The position numbers were made by a program, and so were the translations under genes. Positions 54,401-62,225 of a stretch of 64,000 bases of DNA are shown in pieces. The DNA is from Acidobacteriota bacterium. GTDB taxonomy: Bacteria > Acidobacteriota > UBA6911 > RPQK01 > JAJDTT01. Positions within the stretch are counted from its first letter, which is position 1. Each line of letters starts with the position of its first letter. The stretch covers positions 1-64,000 of the forward strand of contig CBDCJH010000002.1 of the NCBI GenBank assembly GCA_965217775.1. The letters are read 5' to 3'. The notes under the pieces are model-generated. The model did no database searches. It was not told where the DNA came from and saw only the letters and a list, made by a program, of their open reading frames with translations.

Positions 54401-56987
54401 TGGCTGCGGCGTAGGCGAACAGCACCACCGCACCCGTGACACTCTCGTAGCTCGCCGATCGGTTCCGTTCTCCTACCTTCAGCGTCACCCGTGGGGACCC
54501 GGACACCGTGACGGTCTCGCTGAAGGTCACCGTGACCTCGATCTCATCGCCGATGCCGTAGACGTCCCGGCCGTCCGGGGGATCCGACGTGATCTCCACC
54601 GAGATGACCGTCGGTGGGATCCGGTCCGGAGTCTGGTTCGTCACCGGCTCGCTGCTCAGTCCGTCCGCATCATTGCCCACCCGGTCCTGAATCGGCGTCG
54701 CCCCCATCCCGGTCGGAACCGTGTAGTTCACCCGGATCCCTGTCTCCCAATGCGCCACTGTGGAAGAGAGAGTGAGTTGCACCGTATTCTCGCTCACCGT
54801 GACTCCGGAAACGGTCCGTGACGAAGCGCCCCCCGACACGGAGAAGGCGCTGGACGGCGGCCTCGAAGACGAGTCCAGCGGCTCGGTATAGGTCAGCGTC
54901 AGCGTCGCCCCATTCACCACGGCCCCGCTCATCGCCGCCAACTCCGGCCTGGTGCCCTCGACCTTGTGCCGCGAATTGTTCCCTAACGCACCATGATCCC
55001 GGTTGGCATCGTTGTCGGACCCGTCCCGGATCATGCCCCCGTTCAGCGACAGGCTATCCGCTGAGATGCTCACCCCGTTATCATCGTTGTCGCCGTTGGC
55101 AATTGTGTAGACGAACCGCACAACTTCGCCTGCACTGTCTCGATAGGTTGCCTGACGGGTGACGTTTCCCACGGTCAGACCGATTTGCGGCGATCCTGAC
55201 ACCGTGACGGTCTTGTTGAACCCCACGGTGACCTCGATCTCGTCACCAATTGTGTAAAACCCGTCAGGCCTCGATTCAGAGGTTATTTCCACCGTGAGGA
55301 TGCTTGGAGCGCCCGACACTACGTCGTTATCGGTCAAATTCACAATGGTCATGGTCGGGTTGCTAGTTGTCACTCCCCTCGGCAGCGGCTCACCGAAGGC
55401 CAAGGTGACAGACTCGCCGTCATCATCGGCAGTGTCGTTCTCCGCCGTCACGGTGAGGGTGCCCTCGGTATCATAAAAAATCGTTACCGAGTCCGGCACG
55501 GTGTAGTCAGAGGGCGTGGCACCGGTCGTGGGCATCGACATGATCGGTATAACGATTGGACGGGTAGGCACGTCACTCAGTTTCACCGTTACGGTTGCTA
55601 CAGTGCCATCTTCGGTGGCCGTGTACTGTGCGGCACCGAAGGACACTGTAATAGCGGGAGCCTGGAAGAAATTCGCCACATAGCGGCGTGTGCGGTTCAG
55701 GGCGCGGGACGCGTCGGACGGGCCTGTGATTTCATCAGTGAGGCTAAAGCCGGCAATACCCATGGGATCGCCCTCATAGGTGCGATCGGGACTTGAAAAG
55801 TACGGCACCTCTGTGCAGGAAATGCCCGATGCAACACACTGATCATCGTAGGACATGATCGTGTACCAACGGGCGGATGCCTGCGCGTTCTGCTCGAGCG
55901 CTCGCTGGTTTACATAGCCGTATGCATAGGGGAAAGGATGGGGTTGACACCCCGTGTTGAACCTGCACGCGGCATACCGATCGTGACCCAAACCCATGTT
56001 ATGGCCAACTTCGTGGGCGAAAATTAAGTCAGGGCTCAATATGTCAACGTAGGCATAGGCATAGTACCCAAAGTTCCCTGTCAGCAATTGATCCATCGTT
56101 GATATTCCCTGGGCGCTGTTATAGGCAAATGTGGTGCTGCGGTCCCTGCGGATCAGCATGACGATATCTGCGGCAACCCGTAAGCGGATGTCCTGGACCT
56201 CGTCCATATGGCCGTCGTCTTTCGTGCGGAATCGAGTGAAATCAATCTGCCTCGTCTCTTCCGTGTAGGCCACTTCCTCCACCGCAACAAGCGAAACGCG
56301 CTGATTCACGCCGCTGTTCGTGTACGCCATGTTGGCAGTCGCGACCATGAGATCGATCGCGTCCCTGATCGCAGTGGTCCCCCCTTCAGTGTCCCTTGCG
56401 CGAGGTGTGTAGAAAACTGCCATGTCGATCACCGACTGAGCAGAAGGTGGACAGATCAACCCGCTGAACGAAATCGTTCGCAGCCACGTTTGAAAGGCGT
56501 CGTCTCCCGGAGCGCAGAGCTCGGTGTCACGTATCTGCACGGTCTCCAGGCTGGATAGCTCACGCAGACCGTCAGGAAGTGTTCCGGTCAATGCCCGGCT
56601 CTCGTTGAGGAGCAGGGTGGTGAGGTTAGTCAGGTTGGCCAGTTCCGACGGCAGAGCACCGCTCAGAGCATTGTCCTGTAAATCCAACTGTTCCAGCTCG
56701 CTCAGGTCGCCGAGCGACGCCGCCATCGTGCCGTCCAGGCCATTGTCGTTCAGTACTAGGGCCGTGACGCGTCCGTCACCGTTGGTCGTCACGCCGTACC
56801 ATGAGGACAGCGGCTCCTCGCTCGCCCAGTTGGTATTGGTCGTCCAGTTCGCGCCGTCCGTGGCGTTGTAGAGCACCACCAGCGCAGCCTTGTCCGTGGT
56901 GACGGAGGTTTGGGCATGGACGTGGTCTGCCACACCCAGTGGCAGGACAAAAAGGAGAACCCGCTGGAGATACGTGAAGTTTGGCAA
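48405..56987 (-). CDS. Giant secreted protein 3: LRR + reprolysin-like protease + Calx-beta + 7 Ig/SwmB pairs + poly-Pro + FN3 + tandem C-terminal domains (no GLUG block)
   Basis: TTG start with GGAGG upstream; signal peptide ending HVHA-Q; HEVGHNMGLGHD near 55980-56015; TIMSY Met-turn. Confidence 0.88.
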   Translation of the reverse strand: MPNFTYLQRVLLFVLPLGVADHVHAQTSVTTDKAALVVLYNATDGANWTTNTNWASEEPLSSWYGVTTNGDGRVTALVLNDNGLDGTMAASLGDLSELEQLDLQDNALSGALPSELANLTNLTTLLLNESRALTGTLPDGLRELSSLETVQIRDTELCAPGDDAFQTWLRTISFSGLICPPSAQSVIDMAVFYTPRARDTEGGTTAIRDAIDLMVATANMAYTNSGVNQRVSLVAVEEVAYTEETRQIDFTRFRTKDDGHMDEVQDIRLRVAADIVMLIRRDRSTTFAYNSAQGISTMDQLLTGNFGYYAYAYVDILSPDLIFAHEVGHNMGLGHDRYAACRFNTGCQPHPFPYAYGYVNQRALEQNAQASARWYTIMSYDDQCVASGISCTEVPYFSSPDRTYEGDPMGIAGFSLTDEITGPSDASRALNRTRRYVANFFQAPAITVSFGAAQYTATEDGTVATVTVKLSDVPTRPIVIPIMSMPTTGATPSDYTVPDSVTIFYDTEGTLTVTAENDTADDDGESVTLAFGEPLPRGVTTSNPTMTIVNLTDNDVVSGAPSILTVEITSESRPDGFYTIGDEIEVTVGFNKTVTVSGSPQIGLTVGNVTRQATYRDSAGEVVRFVYTIANGDNDDNGVSISADSLSLNGGMIRDGSDNDANRDHGALGNNSRHKVEGTRPELAAMSGAVVNGATLTLTYTEPLDSSSRPPSSAFSVSGGASSRTVSGVTVSENTVQLTLSSTVAHWETGIRVNYTVPTGMGATPIQDRVGNDADGLSSEPVTNQTPDRIPPTVISVEITSDPPDGRDVYGIGDEIEVTVTFSETVTVSGSPRVTLKVGERNRSASYESVTGAVVLFAYAAATSDSDTDGVSIEANSLSGGTIRDTARNHAVRAHSAVAADTGQKVDGIKPVLASPDGAVANGTMLTLAYSEPLDTSSVPGNDAFAVTGGSETRTVTGVRVSGNSVELTLTPAVENGETGLRVSYTVPTGTGANPIQDTAGNDGDRLSNRPVTNVTGDTTGPTVETVRITSNAGSDTTYAAGETIEVTVTFSATVVVTGTPRLTLNVGGRSRTANYQDVTGAAVRFEYQVVSGDTAPYGVSIDADSLSRGAGTIRDGARNDATLGHAAVAADARHQVDGIKPTLASSDGAVANGTTLTLAYGEPLDPSSVPATDDFTVTGGSETRTVTGVRVSGSAVFLTLSSAVADGESGLRVNYQLGSDPIQDTAGNDADRLSNKSVNNRTGDTTGPTVSTVRITSSAGSDSTYAVDDDIEVTVTFNETVVVTGTPQVTLNLGGRSRTANFRGVTSKAAKFAYRVVSGDSDEDGVSIESNRLSGSGGTIRDGAGNTAMLDHAAVAPDSRHQVDGVKPSLASSDGAVVNGATLTLAYSEPLNSSSRPATSAFTVTGGNETRTVTRVSVSGNAVFLTLSPVVQSGESGLRLSYQPGSNPIRDGVGNAADELNNRPVTNNTGDSTGPTVETVRITSNAGSDRTYAAGETIEVTVTFNETVVVMRTPQLTLNVGGRSRTANYRDVAGAAVRFEYQVVSGDSAAYGVSIDANRLSGGTIRDGARNDAVRNHAPVAADSRHQVDGVKPTLASSDGAVVNGGTLTLAYGEPLDSSPVPATDDFTVTGGSETRTVTGVRVSGSAAFLTLSSAVADGESRLRVNYEPGSNPIQDTAGNDADRLSNKSVTNRTGDTTGPAVSRVRITSNAGSDRTYGVDETIEVTVTFDETVVITGTPELTLDVGGRNRTAEYRSVSNRAMKFAYRVVTGDTDEDGVSLEENRLSRSGGTIRDGAGNDAVLDHDALAPSSSHKVDAVAPLLALTDPVVVNGATLTLAYNEPLNTSSRPATSDFTVEGGNETRTVTRVQVSGSTVRLTVNPAAEHGETGIRMSYEPRSNPIQDAIGNDAEAFRDQFVDNRTPDTTAPSIEGIEISSDPGTDETYAVDDMISVTVRYDETVTVDTIRGTPTLDLLVGTRRKRASASVGPDRPAVMFVYTVEKGDEDEDGVSVPRGSIALNGGKILDLSGNPAARSYEAVETKPDHKVDASVPGLEGVTVHGSRVALTYDEALDESSTPSSSDFEVTMAGDDRTVVQVRVSGNSVILRLTAPVTAGETVRVSYTPGLDPIQDEAGNAVDGLTDQRADPPLVTIQAKEGSETVTEGETVEFTLTRGPPTEASLTVSLEVTETRSMIETSGGYDPPKEVRFQGGQDTATLEVLTDDDDVAESTSRVTARLQPGAEYRLGPTSTRSARVTVQDNEVSAPPPPPPPPPPPPPPPPPPPPPPPPPPPPPAATVPTAPLNLQAEAGDGEVTLTWDVPASDGRSALTGYQVRIDRAGDWTSIGSTDLTYTVTRLTNGRTYVFEVRAVNSVGPSPPSDAVEATPMVEEVILEFAHFGNGVSGNDVLITSDLVLVNVSEEEIRPVIYFFDGNGDLFEAESVVDAGEDLEIREDGGLSPRTEVASLGELTISTHGRGEVVTGSVRVVSDGPMGGLVRFDIPGIGVAGVGASEPTADALFPARRQEGGIRTAAAIHNLGPEAVKVQCRLMRNGSVLEEGEIPLSANGQAAQFIEELFTATDTTDFVGSVRCTVPAGESFTGVAVELDAGNRIFTTLPVVPIGPEAAEDQETTLTFAHFANGTSGDGTLITSDLVLVNVAASTARPAIYFYDQRGELLEPESMVDVGDDLLVREDGGLTVRTAMARLGELTISTHGRGEVVTGSVRVLANGPIGGVLRFDIPGIGVAGVGASQPTTDALFPARRQAAGIRTAAAIRNLAAQRATVRCRLMSGGEPLEEADIRLDAHGQHARFIEEVFTRTDTRNFVGSVRCTALGEGLFTGVAVELDRGNRIFTTLPVVPIQR
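50109..50195 (-). repeat. Poly-proline tract (29 Pro)
   Basis: Counted directly from the sequence. Confidence 0.95.
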
Positions 56988-57016
56988 ATGCGATCAGCCC
57001 TCCGGCTGCCGCGTCC

Positions 57017-57601
57017 TCAGGGCTCGGCGCCGGTCTCGGATTGGGGCCCCTCCACCTCACATTTGAACGGCGTCTCCTCGACCTCGCTGATAGCGCACTG
57101 CCCCCGGCCGACGGACCGGATGCGGTAGGTTCCGCCGAGCGTCCGCACCGTGCCGGCGACCGTCTCGCCGTTGACGACAATCGTCAGCGTGCCCAGCGGT
57201 TCGCCAGCGAGGCGGCCCGAGATCGAGTAGCCGCCGGAAAAGGTCGGCGCTGTCCACTCCGCGATCCCTGTGAACACGACGTCCTCGAACAGGTTCACGA
57301 TCAGGGTTGCATCCGCTGCAGGCGCCGCGTCACGATTGCCGCTGGAAGGGGAGACCGCTTTGGTGCTAACGAAGGGGCGGGGGAGCACATCTGCGGCCGC
57401 CCTAGCTCGGTGGAGCTGTTCCAGGTCAATCGTCACCAACCGGTGACGTACTATTGTGGCATCGTGGGAGGTAAGCACGGGGGAATCCAAGTGCTCTGCT
57501 GGTCGATTGACCGTGGAAAAGAGACCGTCGCGCTGGACCCCAATCGCAGGAGGCACCAGCCCCATCACGCCGATGACCGAAACTGCTATTGTCCATGCCA
57601 T
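57017..57601 (-). CDS. Stand-alone secreted propeptide-like protein (copy 2)
   Basis: AGGAG RBS before ATG 57601; signal peptide; clear homolog of 33997-34596 (QRDGLFS, NLFEDVVFTGI, TAPTFSGGYSISGR, PFKC). Confidence 0.7.
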   Translation of the reverse strand: MAWTIAVSVIGVMGLVPPAIGVQRDGLFSTVNRPAEHLDSPVLTSHDATIVRHRLVTIDLEQLHRARAAADVLPRPFVSTKAVSPSSGNRDAAPAADATLIVNLFEDVVFTGIAEWTAPTFSGGYSISGRLAGEPLGTLTIVVNGETVAGTVRTLGGTYRIRSVGRGQCAISEVEETPFKCEVEGPQSETGAEP

Positions 57602-57869
57602 GGTACGTTTCTCCTTTGCCGGCCGCGCTGGGCGACCTGAGCGAGCTGGAAGCGCCCGGAGGACTCCACGCTGAAAATCCTGAACCTGCCCCTCTTGCGA
57701 ATTTTGATTGGCATTGTTCATATAATCCCCATTTAACCTCAGGCGAGAGAGGCTGCCGCCCCTCTGAGAGAAGGGGAAGGAAAGCCGATCGGAGTGAATC
57801 CTCCCCCCTGGCACTGTAGGAACACCGGGAACCCCTCCCGGCGCGAACTACAGGACGCCCCCCAAAGGC

Positions 57870-57962
57870 GGAGAGACGAGGGCCTCACCAACCGGGCGGT
57901 GGCCGAACGGGCCGGGGCCTCGCCCCAAGCGGTCGGCAAGTGGCGTCGGCGCTTCCTCGAAA
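57870..57962 (+). mobile_element. IS630-family transposase HTH fragment
   Basis: DEGLTNRAVAERAGASPQAVGKWRRRFLE, typical of the IS630 N-terminal HTH; truncated on both sides. Confidence 0.65.
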
Positions 57963-58730
57963 CCCTAAACAAAACATCTATAGTGGCATAACTAGAGTGA
58001 AATATGTGTGTAATTAAAGGCTGATCTGATGATATTTTGGTGAAATCTGGCGACAATGCGCTATCAGTGACTCCTACGGCCCTCGGTACGTCTCGAATTT
58101 GGCCTTCGAGATGGTCTGACGCCTAGTCCTGCCCTATCCCCACAGTCGGTGTGGCGTACGTATCCCGGGAGGCGCGGTCTGACCGCGTGCTTGGGAACCA
58201 GCCGGATTGGTCTGGCCCTGGGAAATCACTACTGTGATGCGGGTTATTGGAGGGTTGCCCCAGCGGAGATCGACAACCTCTGGGAGCGCCATGCGTCCGC
58301 TCGGTCAATCCGGAATCCGCATTCGGAACCCTCGAGCGCCGGCCGGCGCTTAAGGTCGCGTTGATAGAAGAGTGCCGATTGGGGTCCGCCCCAACGCTCC
58401 AGCGCAGTCCAGTCACCGCGAAAGAACGCCAGACGAATCTCTTCTATCTCCTGCTCCTCGTCGGGCGTGAGGGACTGGCAACCCTTCGGCCACTGTCTTT
58501 GAGTCCAGCGTTTCAGAACCTCGTCGGCCCGCCCCTACTGGGTTAGGTCACGCGCGACGGCGACGACCCGGATCCGGCGTCCCTTCCGGCGCAGGACCCG
58601 CCAGAGTGGCGCGTGGCTCGATCCCCAGGTCGTCAGGTTCCGGCCGGTGTGGTAACCGGGGTCCACGCGACGGGTGCAAAGAACCGGCACTGCTTCCGTT
58701 CGAGATTGAGACAACTCGATTGCGGCCGAG

Positions 58731-59420
58731 GAGGCTGTCCGAGAACTTGGTATTGAGCGACGCTCGTCCATGACAACGCTCATGGGCGATGGTCGTTGGC
58801 TTGGAAGACCATCGAATCCCGGCCTTCAAAGCCGGTGAACTCGGATTTTTGCGCCATTTTCGACTCGAAAAGGGCCGATAGAGGCCGGTTTGTGACTTCA
58901 TCCCCCTTTATTCGCCCCCTTTTCATGCCCAGGCCGCTTGCTTCCCGAACTCCGGACACACCTCTCCCCGCAGTGCCGCAAAAATGATTTTCTTGAGGTT
59001 GTGCGCCACGCAGACCAGCGAGAACTCCCCCGCCACTTTCGCCTTGCCCCGCAGCCCGAATCCCCGAAATCCCGAGTTCTTGATCTGCCCGAATACGGGC
59101 TCGACGATCGTCTTGCGATGCGCGTAGATCGCCTGGCTCTCCGGTTGCGACATCCGCTCATTCATCGCCCGTCGCAACGGCTCCTTCCCGTCCCTCGTGA
59201 TCGTGCGCGCCGCCCCTGACTTCGACCGGCAGCAACGACGATAGTAGGCACAGGATCGGCACTCATCGATGTCCCCCTGATACACCCGCTGTCCCGTGCC
59301 GCGGGCGGTCTTCAACGTCAGCGATAGGGCTTGAATCGGGGGGTCATCCGACATTCTCCTGATGACCTGTTCCCCTTATTTTAGGGAGCGTCGGTGACAG
59401 CCCCATTCTCGGACAGCCTC
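58731..59420 (-). mobile_element. IS1182-family element, heavily deleted non-autonomous copy
   Basis: Same 15-bp inverted repeats (58731-58745 and 59406-59420); the first nine codons are joined to the C-terminal part (CRSCAYYRRCC...VEPVFGQIK). Confidence 0.92.
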
Positions 59421-59663
59421 GTAGGACGGATCGAAGGCTATCTCGACTTGCCGCGGCAGTTCTTCTTAGGGAACGGACGCGGCACGGCGGCTTGATCCTG
59501 GCCTCGTGCGACAAGACCCGCGATATCGTCTGTATTGGTCGATCTCCCTTGCACCAAGGGTCAGAGGTATAAATCCCTGGACTTCGCCGCCAACTGCCCC
59601 CGGCTCCGCCGCTCGGGAAGCGCCCGGGTGAATATCGCAGAGAGCGGCTCAGAATCGACTTAA

Positions 59664-59821
59664 CAGCCCGTGGCAAAAGTCGCCACGGCATCCGACCGTC
59701 CCTGCATCCCGGCGGACTGCGTTGCTATCGGCTCACATACTCCCGGTATGCTCCCTCATCGCGCCTTGTCCGGCGGGCGCAGGAACGGTCTCGGTGCTCG
59801 CGGGACTTTCACCACGGACTG
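59664..59821. mobile_element. MITE (158 bp) with TTAA target duplication
   Basis: TIRs CAGCCCGTGGCAAAAGTC and GACTTTCACCACGGACTG (15/18 match); TTAA at 59660-59663 and 59822-59825; no ORF inside. Confidence 0.75.
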
Positions 59822-59894
59822 TTAAGAGATCCGAATGAACAACGTCAGCGGCTTCCGGGGCGCTCGACAGAACTCACCGTCACCGGAAAGGGGC

Positions 59895-60110
59895 TCAGGG
59901 AGCGCCACTCAGGTCCAGCGCCAGACTCTGGATGGAGCCCCCGTAGACCAGGTGTTCCACCCCGCTCCCGTTCAGATTCGCCCGCATGATCACATGCCGG
60001 TTCTTCGTCCAGTACATCTTGCCGGCACTCAGGTCCCGGAGCGGGATCACCGGCACTGCCGAGAGCGACGTTTTCCGTTTCCCGAACCGCAGCCCCAGCG
60101 GGGCGAACCG
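59895..60110 (-). pseudogene. 3' remnant of a YWTD (LDL-receptor class B) repeat protein
   Basis: Manual translation RFAPLGLRFGKRKTSLSAVPVIPLRDLSAGKMYWTKNRHVIMRANLNGSGVEHLV...LALD; 5' part cut by the IS3 fragment. Confidence 0.6.
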
Positions 60111-60113
60111 AAA

Positions 60114-60235
60114 TTGCCGCCTGCCGCTCGCAATAGACGGCAGGAGGAGCGAGCATGAAACGGAAGCGCTTTACAGAAGAACAAATCATCAGGGTACCGA
60201 ATCAGGACGAAGCCGGGGCCAAGACGGCCGTGTTG
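60114..60235 (+). mobile_element. IS3-family left-end/OrfA remnant
   Basis: AGGAGG RBS and ATG 60155 giving MKRKRFTEEQII, then decay. Confidence 0.7.
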
Positions 60236-60288
60236 ACACCTGAAGGTGAGCGTGATGATGTCACCCGTGCATCGGTGGGCTGTGCCTT

Positions 60289-60579
60289 CTAACGATTTGT
60301 TGTCAGAAGCTCGAAGGTGATCTTGAGCCGGGTGCCAGTTGCGCCCGCGATGCGCTCCAATGTTTGGGTAGATGGTTTGGTACGGCCGCTCTCAAGCCGA
60401 GCGACAACGGACTGAGTTGTCTTCATGAGCCGCGCGAGTTGCTCTTGCGTAAGGCCGGCTTTAGTACGTGCCGCAATCAGAGCACGGGCAAGTTCGAACT
60501 CGGGCTCAAGAGCTTCGTGAGTTTTGCGGTAGTCAGCGTCCTTCATCCACTTCTTGTGTAGGGAGCGTACCTTACTCAT
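60289..60579 (-). CDS. XRE-family HTH antitoxin (HigA-like)
   Basis: ARTKAGLTQEQLARLMKTTQSVVARLESG HTH; ATG overlaps the toxin TGA (ATGA). Confidence 0.88.
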   Translation of the reverse strand: MSKVRSLHKKWMKDADYRKTHEALEPEFELARALIAARTKAGLTQEQLARLMKTTQSVVARLESGRTKPSTQTLERIAGATGTRLKITFELLTTNR

Positions 60580-60902
60580 CGCAGCACCTCCTTTGAACGT
60601 TTCAGGGCCAGATCAATCTCACGTTTTGGGGTCCTCCGGGTCTTTTTGACGAAGACGCGCACCACAACCACGCGCTACCCAGTTGCCGTTACGTAGATTG
60701 CCCGTGAGATGCCGTCCTTACCCTTCATGCGCATTTCCCACAACAGACCCTGCACGTGCTTGACGTGCGGTTCACGAACGCGGTCCAAGCCAAACTCCTC
60801 GATCAATCGGGAGATGTAACTGAAACGGACGCGCATGTCAGCGGGCAGCGCTTCGAGTTCTGCATCGACGACATCACTTAGGGTTTCTACTGTCCATGCC
60901 AA
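60576..60902 (-). pseudogene. RelE/HigB (Gp49-like) toxin with an in-frame TAG
   Basis: MAWTVETL...LWEMRMKGKDGISRAIYVTATG*RVVVVRVFVKKTRRTPKREIDLALKRSKEVLR; stop at 60675-60677. Confidence 0.85.
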
Positions 60903-60912
60903 GCGGACACCA

Positions 60913-60934
60913 ACTATAGCATTTTTGCTATAGT
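60913..60934. promoter_or_regulatory. Toxin-antitoxin operator palindrome
   Basis: ACTATAGCA-tttt-TGCTATAGT immediately upstream of the toxin start. Confidence 0.75.
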
Positions 60935-61018
60935 CCGCAACCGATTGTGTGGATTTCAGGACATGTGAGATTTCTTTTCAGGTAGCCGATTGTAAGGTGG
61001 CAAGGAAAGCGTGTGGAG

Positions 61019-61491
61019 TCAAAAGGTCGAGAGCACGCAGCCTTCCGGCAATGTCGGCTCCATCGATTCACCCATCACCCTGATGCTGCTGCACCGGTCG
61101 GCGACCAGACCCTGCCGAGACAACCATTCGTGCCTGAAGTACGCGTAGGCCTTCACCTCTTCGTCCGGATCCAGGGCGCCACTGCCGGCTGCCGTCCGCA
61201 GCCTGCGAACCGGCATGGGCCGAGCGGCGGGAAGTCGGCGGATCTCAGGTGTGATTCCCCCTATCACAAGTTCTGCCGACGGCGTGGGATCCTCCGTCAG
61301 TCCCACCAAATAGTCGAGCGAGACGCCCAACTTGCGCGGTGATTTGACGGCCCCATCCAGAAGCAGCACCGAGTGACCCGCCTCCACATGGGAGATCATA
61401 GACTGATCGTAACGATACCCCAGCGCGCCCACTAGATTCACCTGCCGCAGGTTAGCCCGCTTGCGAGCCCCTCCAAACGCTTTCCCAGCAT
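61019..61491 (-). pseudogene. CI/LexA-like repressor (XRE HTH + S24 peptidase), frameshifted and truncated
   Basis: ATG 61491 MLGKRLE, frameshift near 61470 into ARKRANLRQVNL..QSMISHVEAG; GVSLDYLVG; VMGESMEPTL, then stop before the catalytic Lys region. Confidence 0.75.
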
Positions 61492-61511
61492 GGAGCCTAA
61501 TTAGTTCGAAT

Positions 61512-62099
61512 TTACTTTGGGTTGTCGTTCTTCTTAGGATCGACTGTCGGCAAGCCGTCCGCCCAAGCCGAATCTCTATGCATGGCTGGTACGTGGTAAA
61601 TGTTTCCCATTCGTGAGCCGAAGAATACAGCGGTTGAAATAGGGAGCGTTATCATTAAATGGGAACCAAACATCGCGCCCATTGGAATGTCTCCCCCTTC
61701 GTTTGCGGTAGCGACTAGGACGAGAGCCTGCCAGGCAGCGAAGGTAAGACCCAGAGTGAGCCAGAATGATTTTCGTTCTGAGACCGGGCGGTATGCTAAC
61801 ACTTTGGACACAGCCTGCTTCTGGAAGGTTTCGGTATTCTCATCCTTAAACTTGAGTGTCACGGAATCGACTGTAGCCGAGTGAAAACGGCCCTTGTCTT
61901 ACTTGCTACTTTCCGGCAGGAGCGCGTCTTCGTAAAGCTGCACCTCGGTCTTGGTGTCAGGAGCGACGGCTTGTACCTTGGACCAATCGGACAATTTCCT
62001 CACGGCGCAGCCAGGCAAACTCGAGAGAAGCAGCAGGGGGACGAGTCCTCCCGCCGTGGCGTTCCTGAGCCCTCCACTCTTGCTGGTCCGGCGTCTCAT
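61512..62099 (-). pseudogene. Lipoprotein gene split by an in-frame TAA
   Basis: ORFs 61899-62099 and 61512-61862 are in the same frame, joined by *DKGRFHSATVDS; lipobox LPGC. Confidence 0.65.
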
Positions 62100-62225
62100 G
62101 GCATCGACCTCCTAACTCGGATAATGGGTCCTATGCCAGGCCGAACCGAGGAGACTGGCGAAGTAAAATGACTTGCAGGCTGGCTCTTCCTCCGGCATAG
62201 GACGAGTTGACTTAGGGTCTGCCGA

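Noticed and set aside
52227-54821. Long antisense ORFs (also 9729-11816, 14573-16003, 18727-20301, 35779-37371) and the shifted-frame ORF 9545-11332
   Set aside because: Shadow frames of real GC-rich genes, Arg/Pro/Gly-rich and with no recognisable motifs.
26280-55320. CRISPR array or non-coding tandem repeats
   Set aside because: The repeats are about 650-bp in-frame protein domain repeats with synonymous variation; there is no short repeat-spacer structure and no cas gene.
58123-58730. Short ORFs between the IS630 fragment and the IS1182 copy
   Set aside because: Possibly gene fragments cut by the IS, but no RBS or motif I can assign with confidence.
61019-61491. Prophage indicated by the CI-like repressor
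   Set aside because: The repressor is broken and there are no integrase, structural or replication genes in the window.
60675-61901. Stop-codon recoding explaining the in-frame TAG and TAA
   Set aside because: Two different stop codons are involved, and TAG and TAA end many intact genes in the window; pseudogenisation or error is simpler.
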